A stretch of DNA of 64,000 bases, from assembly GCA_022710185.1 (NCBI GenBank), contig JAKLHK010000012.1, positions 19,245 through 83,244 of the forward strand. Reading direction: 5' to 3'. Positions 46,867 through 56,397 of the stretch are shown here, in pieces (positions within the stretch are counted from its first letter, which is position 1; each line of letters starts with the position of its first letter). This DNA is from Bacteroidota bacterium (GTDB taxonomy: Bacteria > Bacteroidota > Bacteroidia > Bacteroidales > JAGNHN01). The translations under genes and the position numbers were made by a program. The notes under the pieces were generated by a model. It did not search any database. It worked only from the letters and a program-made list of their open reading frames with translations, and was not told the origin of the DNA.

Positions 46867-48616
46867 CATCTGTATACTGCTGGTTCTGTGCGGGATGCTG
46901 CTATGTGGCATCAGAGGCCATGGCCAGGACATCAGACTATGGGTAGCCGCCAGCAGCGATGTCCATGGGGCCATCTTTCCCTATGACCTGGGCACGGGTC
47001 GCTCCCTCCCATACAGCCTGGCCCATTTGAGCACCTTCCTGAAGCAACTCAGAAGTAAGGCCGGGGAAAACCTCGTATTGCTTGATAATGGGGACCTGAT
47101 CCAGGGGGACCCGGCTTCCTATCATGCCAATTTCGTGGCTGCAGAGGACACCCATCTGTTTGTCAGGGCGATGAACTACCTCGGGTACGATGCGGCCACG
47201 GTAGGTAACCACGACATAGAGGCCGGACATGCGGTATATGACCGCTTCCGAGACCAACTGGGCATTCCCTGGATGGCGGCCAATGCAGTGCACACAGGCA
47301 AGGACCAACCCTGGTTCCGTCCGTATCATATCGTGGAGCGCCAGGGTATCCGGATAGCAATACTCGGTCTGGTCACGCCCAGCATTCCCGAGTGGCTTCC
47401 CCCGGTTTTATGGGAGGGTATGGAATTCAAGGACATGGCCTCAGAGGCCAGCAGATGGATGGACACTATCCAGCTTAGGGAATCCCCTGATCTGGTCATC
47501 GGACTTTTTCACAGTGGAGCCGACACCAGCTGGATGAAACAGGGCTTTCAGGCACCGGGTCATGAAAATGCCGCCGCCTGGGTAGCGCACAGCGTAAAGG
47601 GCTTCGATGTAATCTTCTGCGGCCATGACCATCAGGGATGGAACATGAAGGTGGCTGGACCTGGAGGGGATAGCGTCCTTATTCTAGGGACCACCAGCCG
47701 GGCCAGGGATGTCGCCCTGGCAGAAATTGTGTTGACCAAGGATGTGCAAGGGAGTCTCACCAAGCAGATCCGGGGAAACCTGGTCCTCTTGTCGGACTAT
47801 CCCCCAGATGCGGATTTCCTTAGCCGGTTTTCAACAGATATTCATAGTATCAGGGAGTTCGTGGCGGATACCCTGGGCTGGTTAGACACGACCCTGATCG
47901 CTGCTGAAGCGGTGTTTGGCCCCTGCCCCTTCACCGACCTTATTCACCGGGCCCAGATGGACCTCAGCGGAGCGGATATCTCCTTCACCGCTCCCCTGTC
48001 CACCCGCTCCCGCCTTCTTCCCGGGCCCATGACCACGGGAATGCTCTTCGACTTGTACCGTTATGAGAACTACCTGTATGTGATGGAACTCCAGGGGAAA
48101 GAGATCGACGGCTTTCTGGAACACGCCGTAAAGGGCTGGTTCTCAATGATGCGGATTCCTGAAGACGCGTTGCTGGACTACGAGCGGGAGCCGGATGGCA
48201 GGATCCGCGTCCGTTACGGGCAGCCTCAAACCAAGGGGATCTTCTACCACTTCTCCAGTGCTGCCGGGCTGCGCTACACCCTGGACCTGTGCGGCCCTCC
48301 CGGGGACAGGGTTCAAATCCTGGGCATGAGCAATGGCCAGGACTTCCATGCTGATTCGGTTTACCGGGTAGCCGTTAACTCCTACCGGGGCAGTGGAGGG
48401 GGCGGGCATCTTACCATGGGAGCAGGCATCGCCCGCGACAGCCTGGCATCACGGGTCATATGGACTTCCGATCATGACCTGAGGTATCACCTGATGGATT
48501 GGTTCCGGCAGCACAGCCCGGTCCAGCATAAAAAAGTTACCGAATGGGGCCTGGTCCCTGAAGGATGGTATAGGGAGGCGGTGCTCAGAGAGCGCCCTTT
48601 ATGGGGCCTCCCCTGA
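46856..48616 (+). CDS. Bifunctional metallophosphatase / 5'-nucleotidase (UshA-like), secreted
   Basis: The start at MRNSICILLVLCGMLLC (46856) gives a signal peptide. Motifs SSDVHG, GDLIQGD and GNHDIE. The upstream 94 codons of the track ORF overlap the CDF gene out of frame. Confidence 0.8.
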   Translation: MRNSICILLVLCGMLLCGIRGHGQDIRLWVAASSDVHGAIFPYDLGTGRSLPYSLAHLSTFLKQLRSKAGENLVLLDNGDLIQGDPASYHANFVAAEDTHLFVRAMNYLGYDAATVGNHDIEAGHAVYDRFRDQLGIPWMAANAVHTGKDQPWFRPYHIVERQGIRIAILGLVTPSIPEWLPPVLWEGMEFKDMASEASRWMDTIQLRESPDLVIGLFHSGADTSWMKQGFQAPGHENAAAWVAHSVKGFDVIFCGHDHQGWNMKVAGPGGDSVLILGTTSRARDVALAEIVLTKDVQGSLTKQIRGNLVLLSDYPPDADFLSRFSTDIHSIREFVADTLGWLDTTLIAAEAVFGPCPFTDLIHRAQMDLSGADISFTAPLSTRSRLLPGPMTTGMLFDLYRYENYLYVMELQGKEIDGFLEHAVKGWFSMMRIPEDALLDYEREPDGRIRVRYGQPQTKGIFYHFSSAAGLRYTLDLCGPPGDRVQILGMSNGQDFHADSVYRVAVNSYRGSGGGGHLTMGAGIARDSLASRVIWTSDHDLRYHLMDWFRQHSPVQHKKVTEWGLVPEGWYREAVLRERPLWGLP

Positions 48617-49534
48617 TCAGAAAAGGAAGAACACACTAACCCCGGCGACCGCAAGAGCGGCGCCAAGCATTTCCCTCCACCGTATCCTTTCATGCAGGAT
48701 CAGCCAGGCAAAGGGAATAATCAGGACAGGAACGATGGCCATGATGGTGGAAGCGATTCCCGTGCTTGTGTGGCGAATTGAGATGAGCGAAAAAGACACC
48801 CCGAGGAATGGCCCGAAAAAGGCGCCGATCAGTATAAATCGCAGGGCCTGAGGGTCATGCAATACTGCCCGGGCCTTCGACCATCGCTTCAGCAGGGAAA
48901 ACAGTAGCAGAAACCCTCCCAGTCCGGCGATGACGCGGATCTGGCTCGAAGCAAAGGCATCATAGCTACCCATTCCGAGCTTGCTCAACACCAGTCCCAC
49001 CCCCTGCCCTGCCGCCCCCAGAAAGGCGAAGAACAGGCCTTGGGGGTGATGGACCAGCCGGGCCGACTGTCCTTCCGCAATGGGCGTACTTCTGTCCCTT
49101 TCCATTACCACCAGCACTATGCCTGTAAGGGTAATGACCATCCCGGCCAGGCCGGAAGGCCGCAGGTGCTCCCCCAGGATGGCCCAGCCGGTAAGGGCAG
49201 CAATGGGAGGTGCCAGAGCCATGACCAGCATACTGATGCGGGCACCTACAATGGCGAAAGCCCGGAAAAGGAAATAGTCACCGATGACGAAGCCCACCAG
49301 GCCCGACAGACTGAGCCAGGCCCATGCCTGCGGGCTGGCATCCAGGGGCAGGGCCTGCGACCGTATCCCCTGCGACAACAGGGAATAGAAAAGGAGGGCC
49401 AGAAGCAAGCGATAGAGGTTTACCGCCAGTGAGCCCACCCTGCGGCTGGCCTGCTCGAAGGCAAGTGAGGTAAAGGTCCAGAAGAAGGCGGTGGCCAGGG
49501 CGGCAAGTTCCCCTGTATGGCCTGTAATGTTCAT
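48617..49534 (-). CDS. DMT superfamily (EamA-like) transporter
   Basis: 305 aa, 10-TM pattern, two EamA-like halves. Confidence 0.85.
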   Translation of the reverse strand: MNITGHTGELAALATAFFWTFTSLAFEQASRRVGSLAVNLYRLLLALLFYSLLSQGIRSQALPLDASPQAWAWLSLSGLVGFVIGDYFLFRAFAIVGARISMLVMALAPPIAALTGWAILGEHLRPSGLAGMVITLTGIVLVVMERDRSTPIAEGQSARLVHHPQGLFFAFLGAAGQGVGLVLSKLGMGSYDAFASSQIRVIAGLGGFLLLFSLLKRWSKARAVLHDPQALRFILIGAFFGPFLGVSFSLISIRHTSTGIASTIMAIVPVLIIPFAWLILHERIRWREMLGAALAVAGVSVFFLF

Positions 49535-49589
49535 GGGCGGATGAATTGCGCAAAGGTAGAAAAGCCCTGCGTATGCCTATTCCCTAACT

Positions 49590-50234
49590 TTGCCGCTGAT
49601 GGAACCTTCATCCGCCGACCGGTACCACAGCATTGCCAAACCCAGCGAGGGCCTGTATAAAGAAAAGGGCAGCCGCTTCATCGCCCTGGCCTATCCGATA
49701 CGGTCCGAAAGCGAGGTGCAGCCCCTGCTTGAGGAGGTCCGGCGCACCTACCATGATGCCCGCCACCACTGCTATGCCTGGAGGCTGGGGATCCATGGGG
49801 AGCCCTATCGCGTGAACGATGACGGGGAGCCTTCAGGAAGCGCAGGCCGGCCCATCCTTGGCCAGATGATGTCGATGGAGCTGAGCGATCTGCTGGTGAT
49901 CGTAGTGAGGTACTTCGGCGGCGTGAAGCTGGGCGTTGGCGGCCTGGTCCAGGCCTATCGTGCGGCCACCCGCGAAGCGTTGGATGCCGCAACCTTGAGC
50001 GATAAGGAGATCCGCATGCGGTTCGCTGTCGTTTTTGAATACCCCAGGATGAATGAGGTGATGCGCTTCGTTCGTGAAAGCGGACTGGAGATCGAGTCAA
50101 CAGACTTTGCCGTCCAATGCAGCCTGACAGCGAGCATCAGGGAATCCCGGGCCGGAGAGGTCAGGACCAAAGCGGCATCCCTCTTTGGCTTCAGCCTGGA
50201 GACCATGGATAAGTTCGTTTATTCCCCGAAATAG
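49590..50234 (+). CDS. yigZ: YigZ family (IMPACT/UPF0029) protein
   Basis: 214 aa: ..HHCYAWRLG..YRVNDDGEPSGSAGRPIL..VVRYFGGVKLGVGGLVQAY.. Confidence 0.85.
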   Translation: MPLMEPSSADRYHSIAKPSEGLYKEKGSRFIALAYPIRSESEVQPLLEEVRRTYHDARHHCYAWRLGIHGEPYRVNDDGEPSGSAGRPILGQMMSMELSDLLVIVVRYFGGVKLGVGGLVQAYRAATREALDAATLSDKEIRMRFAVVFEYPRMNEVMRFVRESGLEIESTDFAVQCSLTASIRESRAGEVRTKAASLFGFSLETMDKFVYSPK

Positions 50235-50629
50235 GGCAGGAAGAGCTTAAGGAACCATTGCGGAGGGCGTACCGGACGGTTGTCGGCCACCCTGGTGAAG
50301 ACCAGGTCAGTGCTTCCCCGGTTCAGGAGGAACCCTGCCTCATTCTCCACCTCGTACTCGAAGTGCATGCGGACTCCCGGCATCTCCCTGATAATGGTAC
50401 GTATGGTAAGCATCTCATCGTAGCGGGCTGGAGCCAGGTATTCCACCTGCAGATTACGTACCGGCATCTGTATCCCGGTATCCTCAAGGTGTTTATACGA
50501 AGTTCCCAGCTCTCGCAAGGCTTCCGTGCGGCCAACCTCGTAATAGGCAGGGTAATTGCCGTAATAAAGGAAGCCCATCTTGTCTGTCTCCCCATAAATC
50601 ACCCTGCGTTTTGTCGTGCTGATCAGCAT
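50219..50629 (-). CDS. Acyl-CoA thioesterase (YbgC/4HBT hotdog fold)
   Basis: 136 aa: VIYGETDKMGFLYYGNYPAYYEVGRTEALRELG.. Confidence 0.85.
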   Translation of the reverse strand: MLISTTKRRVIYGETDKMGFLYYGNYPAYYEVGRTEALRELGTSYKHLEDTGIQMPVRNLQVEYLAPARYDEMLTIRTIIREMPGVRMHFEYEVENEAGFLLNRGSTDLVFTRVADNRPVRPPQWFLKLFLPYFGE

Positions 50630-51126
50630 ATCCTGGAAATAAGTGGTACGAAGATGGGGAAGATCAGAGAATTTTCAGGAATATCTGTTCCAGGCATTGA
50701 AATGGTGAATAAAATTGTATAATTTTCGTCCACAGCTTTGCCGCATTTTCTCTGTTGTCAAGCGCTTAATAATGAAGACCATGTCGGGTAGGTCGTGCCC
50801 CCCATGGAAGGAAGGGGCGCTTGGATCCGGAGCATGAAGGGAGGAAGGCCGATACGAGCCCACTGGCAGCCCGGTAAATCGTCCCCAAAAAGGCAGTAAG
50901 GCGGAATGCCTTGACAGACAAGCAGAACAAGGGCACAGTGGCTTTCAGGTGTAAGACAATTTTTCTTGAAAGTCAAGCATGGAAGACCTTTTTTTTCCAC
51001 TTTTTTGCCTGGATATTTGTCAATGAGTTCCTCTGCCTCACCTGGCCTGTGGATGGCAGGCTGGCCCCGCAAGATCAGTTGATCTGCATTGTAGCTGTTT
51101 AATTAACACGGATAACGCTCTATCGG
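50630..51126. other. 497-bp non-coding region upstream of dnaA (candidate oriC/regulatory region; only degenerate DnaA boxes)
   Basis: This is the largest intergenic gap in the window. T-tracts at 50989-51007. There are 2-mismatch DnaA-box-like 9-mers at 50726-50734 (TCGTCCACA), 50993-51001 (TTTTCCACT) and 51048-51056 (TGTGGATGG). The GC-rich core at 50790-50935 has local stems. Confidence 0.3.
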
Positions 51127-52563
51127 ATGGATAAGGATTTTATTGGAGTGTGGGATCGGTGTCTGCATATCATAAAGGACAACATCAGCCACCAGAAGTT
51201 CAAGACCTGGTTCGAGCCCATCAAACCAATCAAGATCGAGGATCATGTACTTACGATTCAGGTTCCCAGCCAGTTTTTCTATGAATGGCTTGAGGAGCAC
51301 TATATCAATTTGCTGAAGAAGACCATCCGCCAGGAACTCGGGGCCGACGGCCGCCTGGAGTATAGTATTGTAATGGACAGCGCCTTCGCCGGAGAAGACC
51401 CGCTGACCATCAACCTGCCCACGTCCAACAAGCGCTCCGTAAAAAACGATCCCGTTTCCATGCCCCTTGACCTGAACAAGGGTAACTCCAAAGAAATCCC
51501 GAACCCCTTCATCATCCCAGGCCTCAAAAAACTCAAGATCCACTCCCAGCTCAACGACAGCTATTCCTTCGAGAACTTTGTGGAAGGCGACTGCAACCGA
51601 CTGGCCCGGTCGGCAGGATATGCCGTGGCCAACAACCCGGGCAAGACCGCCTTCAACCCCCTGTTCATCTATAGCAATACCGGACTGGGTAAAACCCACC
51701 TGGCGCATGCCATCGGTCTGCAGGTCAAGGAGAACTTCCCCGACAAGACCGTGCTCTACCTGGCCGCCGAACAGTTTATCCAGCAGTTCGTGGAGTCGGT
51801 GCGTAACAACACCCAGAACGACTTCGTCCATTTTTATCAGATGATCGACGTGCTGATCATCGATGATATCCAGTTCCTGGCCAGTAAGGAAAAGACCCAG
51901 AATGTCTTCTTCCATATCTTCAACCATTTGCACCAGAACGGCAAACAACTGGTCATCACTTCCGACAAGGCGCCTGTGGAGCTCAAGGGGATGGAGACCC
52001 GCCTGCTCTCCCGCTTCAAATGGGGATTGGCCGCCGACCTGCAGGTGCCCGATATCGAGACCCGGATCGCCATCCTGGAGAAGAAGCTATACAATGACGG
52101 CATTACCATGCCGAAGGATGTGGTGGAATACCTCGCCTACTGCATCACAACCAATATCCGCGAACTGGAAGGCGCGCTCATCTCCATCATGGCGCAGTCG
52201 TCGCTCAATAAGAAGGAGATCACGCTCGACCTGGCCAAGCAGATGATCGACAAGTTCGTGAAGAACACCTCGCGCGAGATATCCATCGACTATATTCAGA
52301 AGGTGGTGTGCGATTACTTCAGCCTGCCGATCGACCAGATGAACTCCAAGACCCGCAAGCGGGAGATCGTACAGGCCCGCCAACTGGCCATGTATTTCTC
52401 AAAGAAGCACACCAAAGCCTCCCTGGCGACCATAGGGCTGCACTGCGGCAACAAGGACCACGCTACCGTGCTCCATGCCTGCCGTACAGTGAACAACCTT
52501 ATCGAAACCGACAAGCAGTTCAGGATCTACGTGGAAGAGCTCGAAAAGAAGATCAAGATCTGA
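51127..52563 (+). CDS. dnaA: Chromosomal replication initiator protein DnaA
   Basis: 478 aa with Walker A SNTGLGKTHL, an AAA+ core, and the C-terminal DNA-binding domain ..REIVQARQLAMYFSKK..IGLHCGNKDHATVLHA.. Confidence 0.95.
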   Translation: MDKDFIGVWDRCLHIIKDNISHQKFKTWFEPIKPIKIEDHVLTIQVPSQFFYEWLEEHYINLLKKTIRQELGADGRLEYSIVMDSAFAGEDPLTINLPTSNKRSVKNDPVSMPLDLNKGNSKEIPNPFIIPGLKKLKIHSQLNDSYSFENFVEGDCNRLARSAGYAVANNPGKTAFNPLFIYSNTGLGKTHLAHAIGLQVKENFPDKTVLYLAAEQFIQQFVESVRNNTQNDFVHFYQMIDVLIIDDIQFLASKEKTQNVFFHIFNHLHQNGKQLVITSDKAPVELKGMETRLLSRFKWGLAADLQVPDIETRIAILEKKLYNDGITMPKDVVEYLAYCITTNIRELEGALISIMAQSSLNKKEITLDLAKQMIDKFVKNTSREISIDYIQKVVCDYFSLPIDQMNSKTRKREIVQARQLAMYFSKKHTKASLATIGLHCGNKDHATVLHACRTVNNLIETDKQFRIYVEELEKKIKI

Positions 52564-52617
52564 TCCGGCTTGCATTCCTGACAAGGAATGCGTAATTTTC
52601 CCATAAATCCAATAGCC

Positions 52618-53079
52618 ATGAACGTGCTCTTCGTTTGCCTGGGTAACATCTGCCGTTCCCCCATGGCCCACGGCATCCTTCGCAAATTGTTCACTGAACG
52701 CGGAATTCAGGGCAGCGTCGACAGCGCCGGTTTCGAATCCTATCATATCAACGACCCGCCCGATGACCGTGCCATCGAAACCGCGGAAGCCCATGGAATC
52801 GATATCCGCGACAAACGGGCCAGGCTGTTCTCTGTCAAAGACTTCGACCGCTTCGACCGCATCTACGTGATGGACGGAAACAACCATAACGATGTGATGT
52901 ACTTTGCCCGGAACGAAAAGGACAAAGCCAAGGTCGATTACCTGATGAACATTCTCCACCCTGGGCGCAACCTTCCTGTCCCCGATCCATATTACCGTGA
53001 CATCGGGGCCTGCGAAGAAGTGTTCAAACTGATGGAACAGGCGTGTGAGCGCATTGCCCACCAGGCCACAGTCAAATAG
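52618..53079 (+). CDS. Low-molecular-weight protein-tyrosine phosphatase
   Basis: The start MNVLFVCLGNICRSPMA contains the CX5R(S) P-loop. DPYY is near the C-terminus. Confidence 0.88.
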   Translation: MNVLFVCLGNICRSPMAHGILRKLFTERGIQGSVDSAGFESYHINDPPDDRAIETAEAHGIDIRDKRARLFSVKDFDRFDRIYVMDGNNHNDVMYFARNEKDKAKVDYLMNILHPGRNLPVPDPYYRDIGACEEVFKLMEQACERIAHQATVK

Positions 53080-53085
53080 CTGTCC

Positions 53086-54039
53086 ATGGACCATCTCCCC
53101 CTGAAGGATGACATCCTGGAGGCACACCTTCGGATACGCCCCTGGATCAATCACACTCCAGTGTTCACTTCCGCATACCTCAATGCCTTAAGCGGCAGTG
53201 AGTTGTTCTTCAAATGTGAGAACCTTCAGAAAGTTGGCGCCTTTAAATCCAGGGGAGCCGTAAATGCCGTCTTCAGTCTGCAGGAAGAGGCCCTGGCAGG
53301 CGTTTGTACACATTCTTCGGGTAACCACGCCCAGGCCCTGGCCCGCGCCGCGGCGTTGCGAGGTATCCCCGCCTACATCGTGATGCCCGACAACGCACCG
53401 CGAGTTAAAGTCGATGCGGTAAAATCCTATGGGGGACGGATTACCTTCTGTGAACCAACACTTCAGGCAAGGGAGTCTACCTTGCTCGAAGTCAGCAAGA
53501 AAACAGGAGCCATCGAAATTCATCCCTACAACGATTACCGGGTAATCACGGGGCAGGCTACGGCAGCCATGGAGTTGCTGGAACAGGTACCCGGCCTCCA
53601 GATCATCATGCCCCCGGTCGGTGGCGGTGGCCTGCTGAGCGGTACCGCACTTTCAAACCGCTATTTCAACCCGGGGGGCAGGACACTGGCCGCCGAACCC
53701 GAAGGGGCCGATGATGCATTCCGTTCCCTGCAAGCCGGTCATATTATCCCTTCCATTGGGCCCAGGACGATAGCTGATGGCCTGCTGACCTCCCTGGGAA
53801 GCCGTACCTTCCCCATCATCCGTGACCATGTAGAACGCATCCTAACGGTGAGCGAAGCAAACATTCTGAAATCCATGCGGTTGATATGGGAACGCATGAA
53901 ACTGGTGATCGAACCTTCTGCAGCCTTGCCCCTGGGGGCCGTGCTGCAATACCCTGAGATCTTCCAGGGTGTCCGTACCGGATTGATACTCAGTGGAGGG
54001 AATGTCGACCTCGACCGCTTCTCCTGGTCCAAGCCCTGA
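53086..54039 (+). CDS. PLP-dependent threonine/serine dehydratase (serine-racemase-like, fold type II)
   Basis: 317 aa with PLP lysine context ENLQKVGAFKSRGA and a glycine loop PVGGGGLLSG. Confidence 0.85.
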   Translation: MDHLPLKDDILEAHLRIRPWINHTPVFTSAYLNALSGSELFFKCENLQKVGAFKSRGAVNAVFSLQEEALAGVCTHSSGNHAQALARAAALRGIPAYIVMPDNAPRVKVDAVKSYGGRITFCEPTLQARESTLLEVSKKTGAIEIHPYNDYRVITGQATAAMELLEQVPGLQIIMPPVGGGGLLSGTALSNRYFNPGGRTLAAEPEGADDAFRSLQAGHIIPSIGPRTIADGLLTSLGSRTFPIIRDHVERILTVSEANILKSMRLIWERMKLVIEPSAALPLGAVLQYPEIFQGVRTGLILSGGNVDLDRFSWSKP

Positions 54040-54046
54040 TCGTGGC

Positions 54047-54763
54047 ATGAAAAGTCCCCTCCCTGCCATACTTTACCTCCTTCCATCTCCCCTGGGAGGG
54101 GATGAGGTGCAATCCGTGCTCCCTGAACTCAACCTTCAAATAATCAGAAGGCTGCGTAGGTTCATCGTGGAGGATGTGCGCAGTGCCAGGCGATTTTTGC
54201 GGAAAGCAGGCGTAGAGGGACCACTGGATGACGAACTTTTTTTGCTGCTCAACGAGCATACACGGGATGAGGAGATCCCGGAACTTCTGACGCCCCTGCG
54301 GCAAGGGATGGACACCGGCTTAATGTCGGAGGCTGGATTACCTTGTGTTGCGGACCCCGGCCATCGTGTGGTGCAGGAAGCGCATCGCCTCAATATCCGC
54401 GTAACACCCCTCACCGGCCCCTCATCGCTGATGCTGGCCCTGATGGCCTCCGGGCTGAACGGACAGTCATTTCACTTCCATGGTTACCTTCCGGTAAAAC
54501 CCGCGGAGCGTAAGGCATACCTTAAAAAACTTGAGAAGGAGGTACAAGCCTCCGGGGCAACGCAGATCTTCATCGAAACGCCTTATCGCAATGGGCGTAT
54601 GCTGGAGGACATCCTGACTACGGTTCATCCTGCCACGATGCTGTGCATCGCCACAGACCTCACGTTGCCCGGTGAGTCCATAAAAACGCTCACCATCGCG
54701 GAATGGAAGGGAAAGAAGCCCGGGCCGGACAAACGCAATACCGTCTTCCTGCTCGGGCGATGA
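54047..54763 (+). CDS. SAM-dependent methyltransferase (tetrapyrrole-methylase/RsmI-like fold)
   Basis: The start at MKSPLPAILYLLP (54047) is just after the upstream stop. ..SEAGLPCVADPG..TPLTGPSSLMLALMASG.. Confidence 0.72.
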   Translation: MKSPLPAILYLLPSPLGGDEVQSVLPELNLQIIRRLRRFIVEDVRSARRFLRKAGVEGPLDDELFLLLNEHTRDEEIPELLTPLRQGMDTGLMSEAGLPCVADPGHRVVQEAHRLNIRVTPLTGPSSLMLALMASGLNGQSFHFHGYLPVKPAERKAYLKKLEKEVQASGATQIFIETPYRNGRMLEDILTTVHPATMLCIATDLTLPGESIKTLTIAEWKGKKPGPDKRNTVFLLGR

Positions 54764-54784
54764 AAGAAGCTTTGCGGATCAGCC

Positions 54785-55291
54785 TCAGTGGTGGTGTCCG
54801 CCTGCCCCGTGGACATGGCGGTGGGACATTTCTTCCTCGGATGCTGCACGCACTTCCAGGATCTCCCCGCTGAAATGCAGGTCCTTGCCTGCCAGGGGAT
54901 GATTGAAGTCCATGGTCACATACTCCTCGTCCACTGCGGCTACCTTACCATGAAGGAGGTTTCCTTCCGAGTCGCGCATGGGGAGCATATTGCCCAGCTC
55001 CAGCATTTCCATATCGAGCTGTCCGTCTACCTCAAAGGCCTGCAGAGGGATCTCAACGATGGCATCCTCTTCTACCATGCCATAGCCTTCCGTTGAAGTG
55101 AGGCCGAATGAGAAGGCGTCGCCGACAACCAGACCGTCCAGGTTCTGCTCAAACTTGTCCAGCAGGTTCCCCGCACCCAGCAGAAACACAGCCGGGTTTT
55201 CCTTCTGAACCAATTCAACAATCTCCCCTTCTACATTGTCTAAGCGCAGGGTATAGGTCAGGGTAACCACGGTATTCTTTCCGGTTTTCAT
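54785..55291 (-). CDS. slyD: FKBP-type peptidyl-prolyl isomerase SlyD with His-rich tail
   Basis: 168 aa: VVTLTYTLRLDN..DFNHPLAGKDLHFSGEILEVR.. and the tail HRHVHGAGGHHH. Confidence 0.88.
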   Translation of the reverse strand: MKTGKNTVVTLTYTLRLDNVEGEIVELVQKENPAVFLLGAGNLLDKFEQNLDGLVVGDAFSFGLTSTEGYGMVEEDAIVEIPLQAFEVDGQLDMEMLELGNMLPMRDSEGNLLHGKVAAVDEEYVTMDFNHPLAGKDLHFSGEILEVRAASEEEMSHRHVHGAGGHHH

Positions 55292-55431
55292 CGTCTGTAT
55301 ATGGTATTTAGCGTTTGATCAGTGACATACTGGGCGTTCCGCAGCGAAATTACGCAAAACAATCCAGTGCTGTCGCAATTATCCCCAGCCTGGCACAGGT
55401 ATTGTTACATTTGTTGGAGCAATCTTCCGAT

Positions 55432-56397
55432 ATGAAAAGGATATCCACCCTGTTCGTTGTCCTGGCTCTCAGCCTGATGAGCTGTATTGCCCAGCCTCGG
55501 CTCTACCTGCCCTACTTCGGTATCATGGGCATGCACCCGGATTATCAGCTTTCGCTGACCCGCTTGTTCAAATCCTATGTGGAATCCAATGCCAGGTACA
55601 GCGTGGTACTCGGACTCCAGCCTGAAATGGTGGGCGCCTTGCCCGAGGCAAGCCTCCTGATTGCTGACGCCAAAGCCGCCGGAGCTGCCTATATGATGAC
55701 CGGGGAGATGAACCGCCTGGGCGAAGTGCTCATCGTCTCCTTCGCCATGTACGAGGTAACCAGCGGTTCCATCGTATGGAGCGATGTGCTGCGGGCCTAC
55801 AACCCGGACGACCTTGACCCTATACTGCAGAAGGTGGCCCGGGCCATGGGTACAGACCAGAAAGCGGCTAAAGCCGGGGATATCTATACGGTCACCGAAT
55901 ACGACTCCCGTGAGCTGAAGCAGCAGAAGGCCCATTATTCCTTCGGGCTCAGCGTTGGCGCGGTATATCCTTTCTTCCAGCATGTGGAGGATCTCACCAC
56001 AGCCGGTTTCGGGGTTATGGCGACCTACGACAGCCGCAATATCATTCTCGATATGAAGGGGGAAACCTATTTCACCGGAGACCCGAAAGTATACTTCATC
56101 AGCCTTGATGCCCTTTATCCCCTTAATGACGAGAACGCTACGCCCTTCCTGTTGGGCGGTCTGGGCCTGGGTGGCATGAACATCCCCTGGTACCAGGACG
56201 ACAACCACCTCTACTGGTACGATAACCACCGCAATGGTGGCCTCATGTTGTTTTTTGGCGGGGGCTACCTGATCAACCGTCACAGCGATGTCAACCTTCG
56301 CCTTGGGGCCAGGGGAATGATCCCCTTCTTTGAAGTGGATGACCAGCTGGCCCCGGGCATTCTCCTCAATGCCACCATTAATTTTGGAAGGCGATGA
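55432..56397 (+). CDS. Hypothetical envelope protein (N-terminal CsgG/LpoB-like lipoprotein-type domain plus C-terminal beta-barrel-like region)
   Basis: The start MKRISTLFVVLALSLMSC gives a lipobox. ..AAYMMTGEMNRLGEVLIVSFAMYEVTSGSIVW.. and a Gly/aromatic-rich C-terminal half. Family not firmly recognised. Confidence 0.55.
   Translation: MKRISTLFVVLALSLMSCIAQPRLYLPYFGIMGMHPDYQLSLTRLFKSYVESNARYSVVLGLQPEMVGALPEASLLIADAKAAGAAYMMTGEMNRLGEVLIVSFAMYEVTSGSIVWSDVLRAYNPDDLDPILQKVARAMGTDQKAAKAGDIYTVTEYDSRELKQQKAHYSFGLSVGAVYPFFQHVEDLTTAGFGVMATYDSRNIILDMKGETYFTGDPKVYFISLDALYPLNDENATPFLLGGLGLGGMNIPWYQDDNHLYWYDNHRNGGLMLFFGGGYLINRHSDVNLRLGARGMIPFFEVDDQLAPGILLNATINFGRR

Noticed and set aside
50790-50935. 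Possible SRP RNA, RNase P RNA or cobalamin riboswitch in the dnaA-upstream GC-rich core (GGAAGGAAG and GCCCACUGG-like strings)
   Set aside because: The matches are only short fragments. The SRP domain IV context (GGUCC-GGAA tetraloop, AGCAGCC), RNase P CR-I (GAGGAAAGUCCGGGC) and the B12 box are not present, and there is no cognate downstream gene. It is kept only as an unexplained region.
50758-51072. 104-aa minus-strand ORF and neighbouring 62-63-aa ORFs in the dnaA-upstream region
   Set aside because: They have no start context, no motifs and odd composition (Pro/Cys/Leu-rich). They overlap each other on both strands, so I consider them non-coding.
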